Shown here: one piece after another, positions 9,628 to 19,068 of the stretch | Numbering within the stretch: position 1 is the first letter of the stretch | How the letters are laid out: the number at the start of each line of letters is the position of its first letter | DNA from: Candidatus Woesearchaeota archaeon | GTDB lineage: Archaea; Nanobdellota; Nanobdellia; Pacearchaeales; GW2011-AR1 | Reading direction: 5' to 3' | Assembly: GCA_964355135.1 (NCBI GenBank) | Contig: CAYHCG010000003.1 | Span: 72,783-136,782, forward strand | DNA: 64,000 nucleotides | Made by a program: the position numbers and the translations under genes | Notes under the pieces: model-generated | What the model saw: only the letters and a program-made list of their open reading frames with translations | Databases searched by the model: none | What the model was told of the DNA's origin: nothing

Positions 9628-9700
9628 TTTAGTTTATTCAACTTAAGATAGAAGATATAACGTCCATTATATTTATAAAGTCCCCTTGCTTAAATTATAA

Positions 9701-9862
9701 ATGGCAGCAACACCCCCAGGCGCAAAAAAAAGAAAATTAGAATATAATGTAGATCAAGCAATATATGATGATTTCATCAAAGCCTGCAGCAAAAAAGGAT
9801 ATGCTCCACAGATAATTCTAGAACAAGCAATGAAGAAATTCACTCAAAACGGACAAATTTAA
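9701..9862 (+). CDS. small ribbon-helix-helix-like protein (53 aa, below the ORF-track cutoff)
   Basis: ATG 9701, TAA 9860-9862. LEYNVDQAIYDDFIKACSKKGYAPQIILEQAMKKF fits a strand-helix-helix pattern. Confidence 0.45.
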   Translation: MAATPPGAKKRKLEYNVDQAIYDDFIKACSKKGYAPQIILEQAMKKFTQNGQI

Positions 9863-9868
9863 GTCCTT

Positions 9869-10117
9869 ATGAAAAAATATTGGTTCAAAGCTAAAAAATA
9901 CGGCTGGGGATGGTACCCATCTTCTTGGCAAGGTTGGTCAATTCTTCTTTTATTCATTATAATGGAAGTACTTTTGTTCATAAAACTAGATTCACACTCT
10001 GTTTCAGTAAACCAAACTCTAATCAGCTTTATTCCCCTCTCAATAATTTTAGTAGTAAAATTAATTATAATCTGTTACCTCACAGGAGAAAAGCCACGCT
10101 GGCGTTGGGGTAAATAA
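9869..10117 (+). CDS. small membrane protein (2 TM)
   Basis: 82 aa with a Trp-rich N-terminus followed by two hydrophobic helices. Confidence 0.6.
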   Translation: MKKYWFKAKKYGWGWYPSSWQGWSILLLFIIMEVLLFIKLDSHSVSVNQTLISFIPLSIILVVKLIIICYLTGEKPRWRWGK

Positions 10118-10138
10118 GCTAGATAATAAAATAAGATT

Positions 10139-10777
10139 ATGGCATTAAACATCTACTTATTCCGTCATGCCCAAACTCCTTATAATGCAAACAATGATGT
10201 CTTAGTAGGGGGAAGATCAAATTTTTTAGAGTTATCTGTCCCCAAAGGAATTGAACAGGCCCAACTACTGGGAAAAAGATTAAAGGCAGAAAAGATAAAA
10301 TTCGATAGGGTATACTCCTCTCCTGCCATTAGAACAATAAAAACCGCAAACATTGTATGTGATATCATAAACTTTCCAAAGGACAAGATAGTATTAGTTG
10401 ATGACTTAATGGAATTATCACAGGGAGATTGGGAAGGATTAGATAAAGTTCAGGCCTATACTCCAGCAGTATTGTCACAAATGACAGAAAAACACTGGGA
10501 ATTCAAAGCGCCCAATGGAGAGTCACAAAAAATGGTTGAAGAGAGAATGTATCAATGGGTTGAAAAACAATTAATAACCTCAGATCAAAATATTGCTGTT
10601 TTCGGCCATGGAATTGCAATAAAATGTCTTATTAGAAAAATCATGAATTCAGATCCCAGATTAACTTATAGAATTTCCATAGATAATTGCTCCATTACTC
10701 AATTTAAGTATAATCATGCTGGTCAACATAAAGGATGGAGCTTAATTAAAGTAAACGACACAGGACATTTAGTATAA
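10139..10777 (+). CDS. histidine phosphatase family protein (phosphoglycerate-mutase-like)
   Basis: N-terminal LFRHAQT (RHG-type) motif and a later GHG. Confidence 0.85.
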   Translation: MALNIYLFRHAQTPYNANNDVLVGGRSNFLELSVPKGIEQAQLLGKRLKAEKIKFDRVYSSPAIRTIKTANIVCDIINFPKDKIVLVDDLMELSQGDWEGLDKVQAYTPAVLSQMTEKHWEFKAPNGESQKMVEERMYQWVEKQLITSDQNIAVFGHGIAIKCLIRKIMNSDPRLTYRISIDNCSITQFKYNHAGQHKGWSLIKVNDTGHLV

Positions 10778-10811
10778 TAATCAATATAAACGACTAAACA
10801 AAGAAAAGGTA

Positions 10812-11378
10812 ATGACAGTCGGAGTTGATGTAGATGATGTGGTAACTGATTTTGTTAATCCCTTGCTTGAATTCGTTAATAAAACGCGAAGCACAAGATT
10901 TTCTTACGAGCAAGTTTATTGCTACAATCTCTGGGAAGTATGGGGATGCACAAGAGATGAATCAATCGAAATTGTGAGGGATTTTTATCGCTCGCCCCAA
11001 TTCGATTCATTACCCATAATACCTGGAACAGCAGAAGCCCTAAAAACTATTGCCCAGAAACATACTCTTACATTTATCACTTCTCGCTTTGCAGAAGCTA
11101 TACCCAAAACCCCCATATGGTTTGATCGATACTGTTCTTTACCTAAACCCAGAATAATCTACTGCGGAGAGTATCAATCAGGAAGGGATGTAGCAAAAGC
11201 AGATATTTGTCTTCAAGAGGGGATTGATTGTATCATTGAAGATAACGCAAAATATGCTTTAGAATGTGCTCAAAAAGGAATAAAAACCATTTTATTTAAT
11301 CGCCCTTGGAATCAAAACATAGAACATGAAAATATTCATAGAGTAAAAAAATGGGCCGAAGCATTAGAGCTTATCTAG
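10812..11378 (+). CDS. HAD-superfamily 5'(3')-deoxyribonucleotidase-like protein
   Basis: DVDDVV (DxDxV) motif at the N-terminus; 188-aa NT5C-like size. Confidence 0.6.
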   Translation: MTVGVDVDDVVTDFVNPLLEFVNKTRSTRFSYEQVYCYNLWEVWGCTRDESIEIVRDFYRSPQFDSLPIIPGTAEALKTIAQKHTLTFITSRFAEAIPKTPIWFDRYCSLPKPRIIYCGEYQSGRDVAKADICLQEGIDCIIEDNAKYALECAQKGIKTILFNRPWNQNIEHENIHRVKKWAEALELI

Positions 11379-11411
11379 AAACGATTATTAACCTTAATTC
11401 TCTCTAAGAAT

Positions 11412-12572
11412 ATGAAAAAGAGAGTGCTAGGCGTAAAGAAAGATATTTTTCTTCTTGGCATAGTGAGCTTTCTTACAGACGTCAGCTCTGAAATGATTTT
11501 CTCTGTTTTCTCTATTTTCTTCACAGTCATCCTTGGCGCCTCAATACTCCTTTTTGCTTTAGCTGAGGGTCTTGCAGACTTCTCCGCTTCATCTCTGGAT
11601 TACATCTCAGGAGTAATCTCTGAGAAGACAGGCAAAAAGAAAATATTCACTGTCTTTGGCTATGGCTTCTCAACTGCAGCCAAATTAATTATTGCTTTCA
11701 AAAGTACAATTCCTTCAGCATTTGTATTTAGAGTAATTGAAAGATTCGGCAAGTCAATCAGAGGACCTCCAAGAGACGCATGGATCGGAGCTATAGCCGA
11801 GAAATCAAATCGCGGCTATTCATTTGCGATGCACAAATCACTAGACAGGGCAGGAGCCATTCTTGGTCCCTTAATTGCATTCTTCGTTCTTTCAAGATTG
11901 GGAGAAACACTTTCTTCATTTAAAGTATTATTCCAGATTGCGCTCATACCTGCAATACTATCTGTAGTTTTACTTTTTATAATAAAAGACAAGCCTTCAA
12001 AACCCCAAAAAATTAACCTAAGAAACGGTTATAAAAACCTAAGCAAGGAGCTAAAGCATTATATCTTTGCTTCAGCAGTTTTCTCTTTAGCTTACTTTAG
12101 TTTTAGTTTTCTTTTACTAAAAGCATATTTAGTGGGTTTTCAGATTAAAGAGGTCGCTCTTCTTTATATGATTTTCAACCTTTCTTTAGTAATCGCCTCT
12201 CCTATAATCGGAAAAGTAGGGGACAAAATAGGAAGAAAGAAGATTATAACTCTAGAATATATAATCTATTTCATAATAAGCACGGGATTCATCTTCGCTT
12301 ATTCCAAGTATCAAGTAATAATACTTTTAATGTTATTCGGAGTTTTCTATGCGATAGATGAAAGTCAAAGCAAAGCCTATATTACAGATTTGGAAAAGAA
12401 GAAGAGAGCAGTTGCAATAGGCACCTATAATTTCATCATGGGATTAATCTACCTGCCTGCCTCCTTAATAGCGGCGGCATTATGGAAAATAGATCCTAAC
12501 TATACATTTGTCTTCGCCTCGGTAATATCACTAGTAGCCCTTGTTTTATTTATGTCAAGAACCAAACGCTAA
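11412..12572 (+). CDS. MFS transporter
   Basis: About 12 hydrophobic segments with a GKVGDKIGRKK loop motif. The C-terminal codons overlap the left arm of palindromic element A. Confidence 0.85.
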   Translation: MKKRVLGVKKDIFLLGIVSFLTDVSSEMIFSVFSIFFTVILGASILLFALAEGLADFSASSLDYISGVISEKTGKKKIFTVFGYGFSTAAKLIIAFKSTIPSAFVFRVIERFGKSIRGPPRDAWIGAIAEKSNRGYSFAMHKSLDRAGAILGPLIAFFVLSRLGETLSSFKVLFQIALIPAILSVVLLFIIKDKPSKPQKINLRNGYKNLSKELKHYIFASAVFSLAYFSFSFLLLKAYLVGFQIKEVALLYMIFNLSLVIASPIIGKVGDKIGRKKIITLEYIIYFIISTGFIFAYSKYQVIILLMLFGVFYAIDESQSKAYITDLEKKKRAVAIGTYNFIMGLIYLPASLIAAALWKIDPNYTFVFASVISLVALVLFMSRTKR

Positions 12573-12620
12573 AATATTAAATTGGTTCTTGAGCATGCTC
12601 AAGAGTATAAATCTTGACAT
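12552..12620. repeat. nested palindromic MITE-like element, copy A
   Basis: ATGTCAAGA (12552-12560) ... perfect 18-bp palindrome TCTTGAGCATGCTCAAGA (12587-12604) ... TCTTGACAT (12612-12620). Confidence 0.7.
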
Positions 12621-12636
12621 ATCAAAAAGAAAAAAA

Positions 12637-13119
12637 TTAACTCTTTTTAATGCTTTCGTTGTAATTCTCTAGCTCTTCTCTTCTAATATTCAAGAATATT
12701 CCGTATCCGATCCTGTCAACAAAGGTAGCAGGAATAATCGTATCTCTTCCCGGAGTTTTAACACGTATAGATCTTATTTCATTTTTATTTCCAGCTAGTT
12801 CTATGTCAGTTACTCTCCCTATTTTTTCTCCAACTGAAGAGAAGACGTCCATGCCCCTTAGTTCAAAAGCAACTTTAATATTGAGAAAAACCGCATGGGT
12901 CGCAATTCTTTCAATATAGCTCTTGCCGATAGACAATCCTTTTTTTAAAAACCCTTTATCCACTTCTATCCCTAAAAAATCCATGGTATTGGGGTCTATA
13001 AAAACTTTCTCGGTAATTCCAATGAATTTTCCATCTCGGTCTATAACATCTTTTCCAAGTAGATCATCAGAAGTTATAGCTTCACTCAGATTTTTGCCAG
13101 AAATGCTTTTTTGGGACAT
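12637..13119 (-). CDS. PRC-barrel domain protein
   Basis: Two LLGKDV..DG..IG-type PRC-barrel modules. Confidence 0.75.
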   Translation of the reverse strand: MSQKSISGKNLSEAITSDDLLGKDVIDRDGKFIGITEKVFIDPNTMDFLGIEVDKGFLKKGLSIGKSYIERIATHAVFLNIKVAFELRGMDVFSSVGEKIGRVTDIELAGNKNEIRSIRVKTPGRDTIIPATFVDRIGYGIFLNIRREELENYNESIKKS

Positions 13120-13570
13120 TATAATTGCTCTTGAGAATAATTGAACTCCCTATGGACTTAATATAGTTAGAATCAATAGAAAATCTCTTTCTAAACATTG
13201 ATTTTACAACTAACTCTCCCATATCGTTAGTATTGTTCTTTCTAGTAATTTCCTTTATTTTCCCTATGACTTCTCCTTCATTAGTCAAGACCTTCATGCC
13301 TCTAAATAAGATAAAAGGATCTATAGTAAGAATGATTGCCTCTTCAGACAATTTTCCAAAATAACTAGAGCCAATATACAAAGGCTTGTTAAAGAGCCCT
13401 CTAGAAACGACAACACCCTCAACAACTAGTTTTGTATTTATTCTAACATTTCTTACTTTTCCAACAACAAATCCTTTAATAGAAATAACTTTCTTATTGA
13501 TTAAATGAGAAAGATTGAGAGTAGATTCAATAGGTCCTTCTTTGGTCACTATTTTGATGAAGTCTTTCAT
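13082..13570 (-). CDS. PRC-barrel domain protein (tandem paralog)
   Basis: Same two-module layout as the neighbouring gene, which it overlaps by 38 nt. Confidence 0.7.
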   Translation of the reverse strand: MKDFIKIVTKEGPIESTLNLSHLINKKVISIKGFVVGKVRNVRINTKLVVEGVVVSRGLFNKPLYIGSSYFGKLSEEAIILTIDPFILFRGMKVLTNEGEVIGKIKEITRKNNTNDMGELVVKSMFRKRFSIDSNYIKSIGSSIILKSNYNVPKKHFWQKSE

Positions 13571-13630
13571 CTATTTACTAGTAAAAATTAGTATAAAAAC
13601 ATTGACTTTTGCTTAAAAACAAACGCCTAC

Positions 13631-14872
13631 TCAAATTTTCTTCTTTGCCCAGAAAACAAGCTGATCAGGATGGTCCTGATATCTCTTCCAAAAATCTTTG
13701 CCTTTTTCCTCAATTCCTTTGGAAGAAACCCGAGCATTTCTAAAAGTTAGCTGAGAAAACTTTAATTTTTCAAAGATTTCCTTAATAGTTTGTGTCTTCC
13801 AGACAAAATTATGGAAATGAAGAACTTCAAGGCCATTTTGATAGATAGATATCCTTCTTGGTGATCCTTCTATTTTGGCATTTCCTTCAGCACTAATTTC
13901 TACCCCATATATAGAATCAGAAAATGAAGAAGCATCTGGATGATCCAACATACCAAAGAAAAGGCCTCCTGGTTTGAGTAAAGCAGAGATATGGTTTACA
14001 ACTTTTTTTAAATCATCTCTATTCATCGCATGATCAAGAAGAAAGAAACCAAGAACAATATCTGCCTTGCCTAGCAATTCTTTAGGAAGTGAATTTAGAA
14101 AATCTCCATCACAAGGATCAATAATGTGGTATATGATTCCTTGGGGGTTTTTCATTTCTTCTTCACGTGCAATCTGTATTTGTTTATGCGAAAGATCAAT
14201 ACCTACAACTTCTCTAGCTCCGTACTCTTTCGCTAAACGAGCTCGGTAGCCGCTGCCTGCATGAAGAACTACAACTTTCTTTCCCCTACCATTTTCCTTA
14301 ATAAAGTTAGATATTTCATAATCATAAACATACTTTTGTGCAAGAGTGTTTTCAACAAGACGATATTCAACTGCAATGGCATCATACTGAGTTTTATGAA
14401 TATGTAAACTATTTATCTTGCCCTCAAAATCTTTCTTTATCTGCTTCAATGCATCTTCTACCGAATCAAAGAAGTAATCACAATAAAATTTTAGCCAGGA
14501 ATGTTTCCTTCTTTCTTTGGGAACAACAGCGTATACTTTTTTATCAAATAATTCTTTTGCGATAGTCACTTCGCACGCAGTACCTATAGACAATGCAGTA
14601 AAGTCCGCTATAACAACATCAGACTGCTTAATATAATGCTTATCTTTAGCAAGAATATAGGAAGGATCATAATCTTTAGTCTCAAAGTCATCTTTTTTCT
14701 GATATCCGATAAACTGCTCAAGCAATTCAAAGCCAAAGGATTCAACCAACCTAGCAAGATCTTTCCTTTCTTTTACCAATTCCTCAAATACTTTACCCGT
14801 AAATGGCATGGAGATAAAAACACGCAATTTCCTTTCTTTTGATTGGAGCTTCTTTAAATTTCTAGAGGTCAT
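13631..14872 (-). CDS. fusion protein: nucleoside 2-deoxyribosyltransferase-like N-domain + class I SAM methyltransferase
   Basis: N-domain: VFISMPF ... DVVIADFTALSIGTACEVTIA. C-domain: VVVLHAGSGY ... VVGIDLS ... LLKPGG. Confidence 0.7.
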   Translation of the reverse strand: MTSRNLKKLQSKERKLRVFISMPFTGKVFEELVKERKDLARLVESFGFELLEQFIGYQKKDDFETKDYDPSYILAKDKHYIKQSDVVIADFTALSIGTACEVTIAKELFDKKVYAVVPKERRKHSWLKFYCDYFFDSVEDALKQIKKDFEGKINSLHIHKTQYDAIAVEYRLVENTLAQKYVYDYEISNFIKENGRGKKVVVLHAGSGYRARLAKEYGAREVVGIDLSHKQIQIAREEEMKNPQGIIYHIIDPCDGDFLNSLPKELLGKADIVLGFFLLDHAMNRDDLKKVVNHISALLKPGGLFFGMLDHPDASSFSDSIYGVEISAEGNAKIEGSPRRISIYQNGLEVLHFHNFVWKTQTIKEIFEKLKFSQLTFRNARVSSKGIEEKGKDFWKRYQDHPDQLVFWAKKKI

Positions 14873-14941
14873 ATTATAGTTTTGTAATTCCTTAAGTCCT
14901 TCCTATTTCTAAGAATAACAGATATATAAATTTGCCGCAGA

Positions 14942-15556
14942 TTAATGCGTTAAAACAAAGAAAACCATGATAGCGGCAAACTTGACCGCTACTCCTAAAA
15001 TCATAAATGAAAATAGCCTATATACATTATATCGGGTTATCCCTAAAGCAAAAGTAAGCAAGGGTGCAGGCAAAAACAGCAGATTGAAAAAGAAAACCCC
15101 CCAAGCGCCACGCTTATTTACAAATCGCCTTACTTTGTAAACTTTTTTCTTAGAAAAGAAATATAAGAGGGGCTTGCTCAATTTTTTACCCATGTAATAA
15201 TTAGCTACCTGGGCAAGAAGAAAACCAGCATTAATCATCAAGGCAGACCAAAATAACGGACTACCTTTCGTTATAGCCAACCAATAGAACAGTTCTTCAG
15301 GCAAAGGTACAAAAAAGATGCTAGAACCAAATCCGGCATAAAAAATTCCTGCAGGAGTCAATGAATTAACCTGGGCAAGGATTAATTCTTTTATAGAAGT
15401 ATAATAGGACCCACTCTTGCTAAAGCCCTCAAAAGTGCTGAAGAGAGCAATACTTAATCCTAAAATTATAACCAAACAGACAACAAATACGAGAAATACT
15501 TTTATTTTCTGGCGATTAGAATTTTCTATAATAAAGCGATCATCCCATTTTCCCAT
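14942..15556 (-). CDS. polytopic membrane protein (DedA/VTT-like, tentative)
   Basis: 204 aa with 5-6 hydrophobic helices. Confidence 0.55.
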   Translation of the reverse strand: MGKWDDRFIIENSNRQKIKVFLVFVVCLVIILGLSIALFSTFEGFSKSGSYYTSIKELILAQVNSLTPAGIFYAGFGSSIFFVPLPEELFYWLAITKGSPLFWSALMINAGFLLAQVANYYMGKKLSKPLLYFFSKKKVYKVRRFVNKRGAWGVFFFNLLFLPAPLLTFALGITRYNVYRLFSFMILGVAVKFAAIMVFFVLTH

Positions 15557-15595
15557 TATTAAATAAGAAATTATTATGTAATAAAGCTTTCCACA

Positions 15596-16987
15596 TCAAG
15601 TTTTTTCAACTCTAATGCCTTTATCTGTATCCTGGATAGAATAACCTTTTTCTTTTATTTTATCTCTTATCACATCTGCTTCTTTCCATTTCTTCTCTTT
15701 TCTCAGCCTTTCTCTCTCTTCTACAAGTTTCTTGACATCATTGCTAACTTTAACTTCTCTTTCCTCCATGTCTTTCACATCTAATCCCAGCACAGAGTCA
15801 AAGTTTTCTAAAACTTCCAATTTCTTCTTAGGGTTAAACTCTTCATCGTCTAGCATTGCCCAGACTGTCTGCATAACTAGAGGCATATTCAAGTCATCAT
15901 TGATTGCTTCTAAAAATAGTTTTTCATAGTTATCAGTCTTATCCTTTCCCTTCTTCTCACTCTCTCTAAGTTCGATTACTTTTCTTCTCATTCTTTCTAA
16001 AGCATTCTTTGCAGAATTTAAGTTATCCATAGAGAAACTTAGTTGGCTGCGATAATGCGCTAATAAGCATAAATACCTAAAGTCAAGTGCATTATGACCA
16101 AGATCTTCTAGTTCACTAATTGTATAAAGTCCTCCCTTGCTCTTGCTTATCTTTTCCCCCTTGAATGTTAAAAATGCTCCATGTATCCAATAATTTACAT
16201 ATTTCTTCCCGGTTGCACATTCGCTTTGAGCAATTTCATTTGTATGGTGTATCTGGATATGGTCCTCTCCTCCAGTATGAATATCAAAATGTTCTCCTAG
16301 GTATTTCATTGACATTGCTGAGCATTCAATATGCCAACCTGGAAAACCGACCCCCCATGGAGAATCCCATTCTTGCTGTCTCTTTACCCCATTTTCCGAA
16401 AATTTCCATAATGCGAAATCAGTTTTATTCTTCTTATCCCCAAATGCCACCCTCTTTCCTTTCTTCAACCCTTCCAGATTCAATCTTCCGAGTTTAGAGT
16501 AATCTTTAAATTTAAAACTATCAAAATATACTCCATCTGAGGTTTGATAAGTATATCCTTTCTTTTCTAGTTTTGTAATAAGGTCAATTTGTTCTTTAAT
16601 ATGTTCACTTGCCTTTGGCCATTTATCTGGTTGAAGTATGTTTAATTTAATTAAGTCTTCCTTAAATATCTTAAAATAGAAATTCGCAATATCTTTAGCA
16701 TTCTTTCCCTCTTTTAAGGCGGCTTTTTCCATCTTATCTTCACCTTCATCAGAATCAGAGGTCAAATGCCCTACATCTGTAACATTAACTATATGATTTA
16801 CTTTATACCCATTATATAACAAAGTCTTTTTCAATAAATCAGAAAAGATATATGCCCTCATATTTCCTATATGCTGGTAACTATAAACTGTCGGCCCACA
16901 CGTATACATTCCAACTTGTCCTTTCTTTAGAGGCTTAAAGGTCTCCTTCTTCCTACTTAGGGTATTGTAAAACTCTAGTCCTGCCAT
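15596..16987 (-). CDS. cysS: cysteinyl-tRNA synthetase
   Basis: CGPTVY..HIGN (HIGH region), KISKSKG (KMSKS), and WHIECS zinc-site region. Confidence 0.95.
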   Translation of the reverse strand: MAGLEFYNTLSRKKETFKPLKKGQVGMYTCGPTVYSYQHIGNMRAYIFSDLLKKTLLYNGYKVNHIVNVTDVGHLTSDSDEGEDKMEKAALKEGKNAKDIANFYFKIFKEDLIKLNILQPDKWPKASEHIKEQIDLITKLEKKGYTYQTSDGVYFDSFKFKDYSKLGRLNLEGLKKGKRVAFGDKKNKTDFALWKFSENGVKRQQEWDSPWGVGFPGWHIECSAMSMKYLGEHFDIHTGGEDHIQIHHTNEIAQSECATGKKYVNYWIHGAFLTFKGEKISKSKGGLYTISELEDLGHNALDFRYLCLLAHYRSQLSFSMDNLNSAKNALERMRRKVIELRESEKKGKDKTDNYEKLFLEAINDDLNMPLVMQTVWAMLDDEEFNPKKKLEVLENFDSVLGLDVKDMEEREVKVSNDVKKLVEERERLRKEKKWKEADVIRDKIKEKGYSIQDTDKGIRVEKT

Positions 16988-17079
16988 CTCTAAAGCAAGA
17001 AAAACAATATTTTAAGTGTTTCTAATCGTAAAAGCTCCCTTCCAGCAATGTTTAAAAGATATTTATCCTTAACGACAGT

Positions 17080-18843
17080 ATGGAAAAAGAGAAAAATCCA
17101 ATTAGTAATGTTTTCCAGACAGAATGGAAATATTTAGAAAAAAGAAAAAAACATTTTGTTCTTTATGCAGTATTGTTTACTATTGCTGGAATAGTAAGTC
17201 TAATGACTCCGTTAGTCATTGGCCTAATATTTAACAAAGTACAGCAGCAAATTACTTCTCAAGCAGAACTATTTGACCTGATTAAAATGATTTTCCTTCT
17301 TTTAGCTATAACCATCACCTTTTGGATATTTCATGGAACTGCCAGAGTCTTAGAGCAAAAAACAGGTTATTTTGTAAATAAGAATTACATTAATTCGAAA
17401 ATTGAAAAAGTCTTGGATTTACCCATAAAATGGCATAAAGATAATCACACGGGAGACACCATAGATAAAATTAATAGGGGGGCATCATCAATTAGTGATT
17501 TTTCTCGAGGCACAACGTTTGAGATATTTTATGCTCTCATAAATATAGTCGGCTCAATAATTATTATTTCTTTCTTTGATATATGGGCCGCAATCTTAGC
17601 TCTAGTTTTCTCATTCTTTACAATTTTCTTAATATATAGAATAGATTTGAAGTTAAATCGGCAATATAAAGAGATCAATATATATGGAAATAAGGTTTCA
17701 GCAACTGTATTTGATTATATTAGCAATGTTATTACCGTAATAACTTTAAGATTGAAAGACAGTGTAAAAAAAGACATAAATAAGAAATTAATTGCAAGCT
17801 ACCCTGTAGAAAAAAAGAATATTGTTTTAAATGAAATTAAATGGGGTTCTGCAAGTCTAGCAATATCTTTAATGACGGTAATAGTATTAAGCTGGAAAGC
17901 GTATTCCGATTATAATAGTTTAGGAGTTATATACATTGGAACATTGTATATTCTTTATGGATACTTAACTCAAGTGGGCGATACTTTCTATAGATTCGCT
18001 TCATTATATGGGGATATTGTAAGATTCAGTTCACGGATCAACAATTCAAGCCCAATTGATAAAGAATATGAAAAGATAGAAAAAGAAAATAAAGATAATT
18101 TACAAAAAGACTGGAATGAAATATTAATTGAAGATCTCTCTTTTACACATAACAAAGAAGGAGAGATTTTACACCTGGAAAATATAAAATTTAACTTTCA
18201 TAGAGGAAAGAGAATAGCTCTTGTTGGCGAATCAGGTTCAGGAAAAAGTACCATGCTGGCTATTTTAAGAGGACTAATGAAACCCGATTCAGGGAGAATG
18301 TATGTAAATAAAAAGTTAGTAGAAAATGGTTTTAGCAAGATTAAAAACAATATTACGTTAATCCCACAAGACCCTGAAATATTCAATAATACTATTCGAT
18401 ACAATATTACCTTAGGACTTCCGATACATAATGAAGATATTATAAAAATAATGGAAATGACAAGAATAAAAGAAGTTATTGACCAGCTTCCAAAAAAGCT
18501 TGAAACAAACGTTTTAGAAAGAGGAGTTTCATTAAGCGGAGGAGAAAAACAAAGATTAGCTTTAGCAAGAGGAATTCTAGCAGCAAAAAATAGCGACATA
18601 GTTCTAATGGACGAACCAACGAGTAGTGTAGACACTTTAAATGAAGTTAAAATCTACGAGAATATCTTTAAAGAGTTTAAAGAGAAAACCATAATTTCCT
18701 CCATTCATAAATTGCATTTACTTAAGAATTTTGATTACATCTATATATTTGATAAAGGAAGAATTGTTGCAGAAGGGGATTTATCAACAATTAAGAAAGA
18801 TCCTACGTTTGCAAGAATGTGGAAAAAGTATATGGAGAATTAG
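17080..18843 (+). CDS. ABC exporter, fused permease + ATPase (MsbA-like)
   Basis: Six-helix TMD followed by Walker A GESGSGKST, signature LSGGEKQR and Walker B LMDEPTS. Confidence 0.9.
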   Translation: MEKEKNPISNVFQTEWKYLEKRKKHFVLYAVLFTIAGIVSLMTPLVIGLIFNKVQQQITSQAELFDLIKMIFLLLAITITFWIFHGTARVLEQKTGYFVNKNYINSKIEKVLDLPIKWHKDNHTGDTIDKINRGASSISDFSRGTTFEIFYALINIVGSIIIISFFDIWAAILALVFSFFTIFLIYRIDLKLNRQYKEINIYGNKVSATVFDYISNVITVITLRLKDSVKKDINKKLIASYPVEKKNIVLNEIKWGSASLAISLMTVIVLSWKAYSDYNSLGVIYIGTLYILYGYLTQVGDTFYRFASLYGDIVRFSSRINNSSPIDKEYEKIEKENKDNLQKDWNEILIEDLSFTHNKEGEILHLENIKFNFHRGKRIALVGESGSGKSTMLAILRGLMKPDSGRMYVNKKLVENGFSKIKNNITLIPQDPEIFNNTIRYNITLGLPIHNEDIIKIMEMTRIKEVIDQLPKKLETNVLERGVSLSGGEKQRLALARGILAAKNSDIVLMDEPTSSVDTLNEVKIYENIFKEFKEKTIISSIHKLHLLKNFDYIYIFDKGRIVAEGDLSTIKKDPTFARMWKKYMEN

Positions 18844-18871
18844 TTTAGTTACTGTAGTACTAATTCTCCAG

Positions 18872-18909
18872 ACAGAGATTTTGCATAATTTAACAGCAAA
18901 ATTCTCTGT
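18872..18909. terminator. imperfect 13-bp hairpin after the ABC transporter gene
   Basis: ACAGAGATTTTGC-N11-GCAAAATTCTCTGT, 29 nt after the stop. A terminator role is inferred only. Confidence 0.3.
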
Positions 18910-18947
18910 AATTCAAAGTAATCATAATTTCTTAACAAAATTCTTTA

Positions 18948-19068
18948 TATGTCAAGATGTTTACGCATCTTGATCACCTCAAAATTATTATTTTGACGGC
19001 ACAAAAATCATTGATTTTTGTTGTGATCAAGAACTATACAACTAATCTATTTACGTAGTTCTTGACAT
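18948..19068. repeat. nested palindromic MITE-like element, expanded copy D
   Basis: Same termini: ATGTCAAGA (18948-18956) and TCTTGACAT (19060-19068). The core is replaced by TCTTGATCAC (18968-77) ... 21-bp palindrome (19001-19021) ... GTGATCAAGA (19023-32). Confidence 0.6.
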
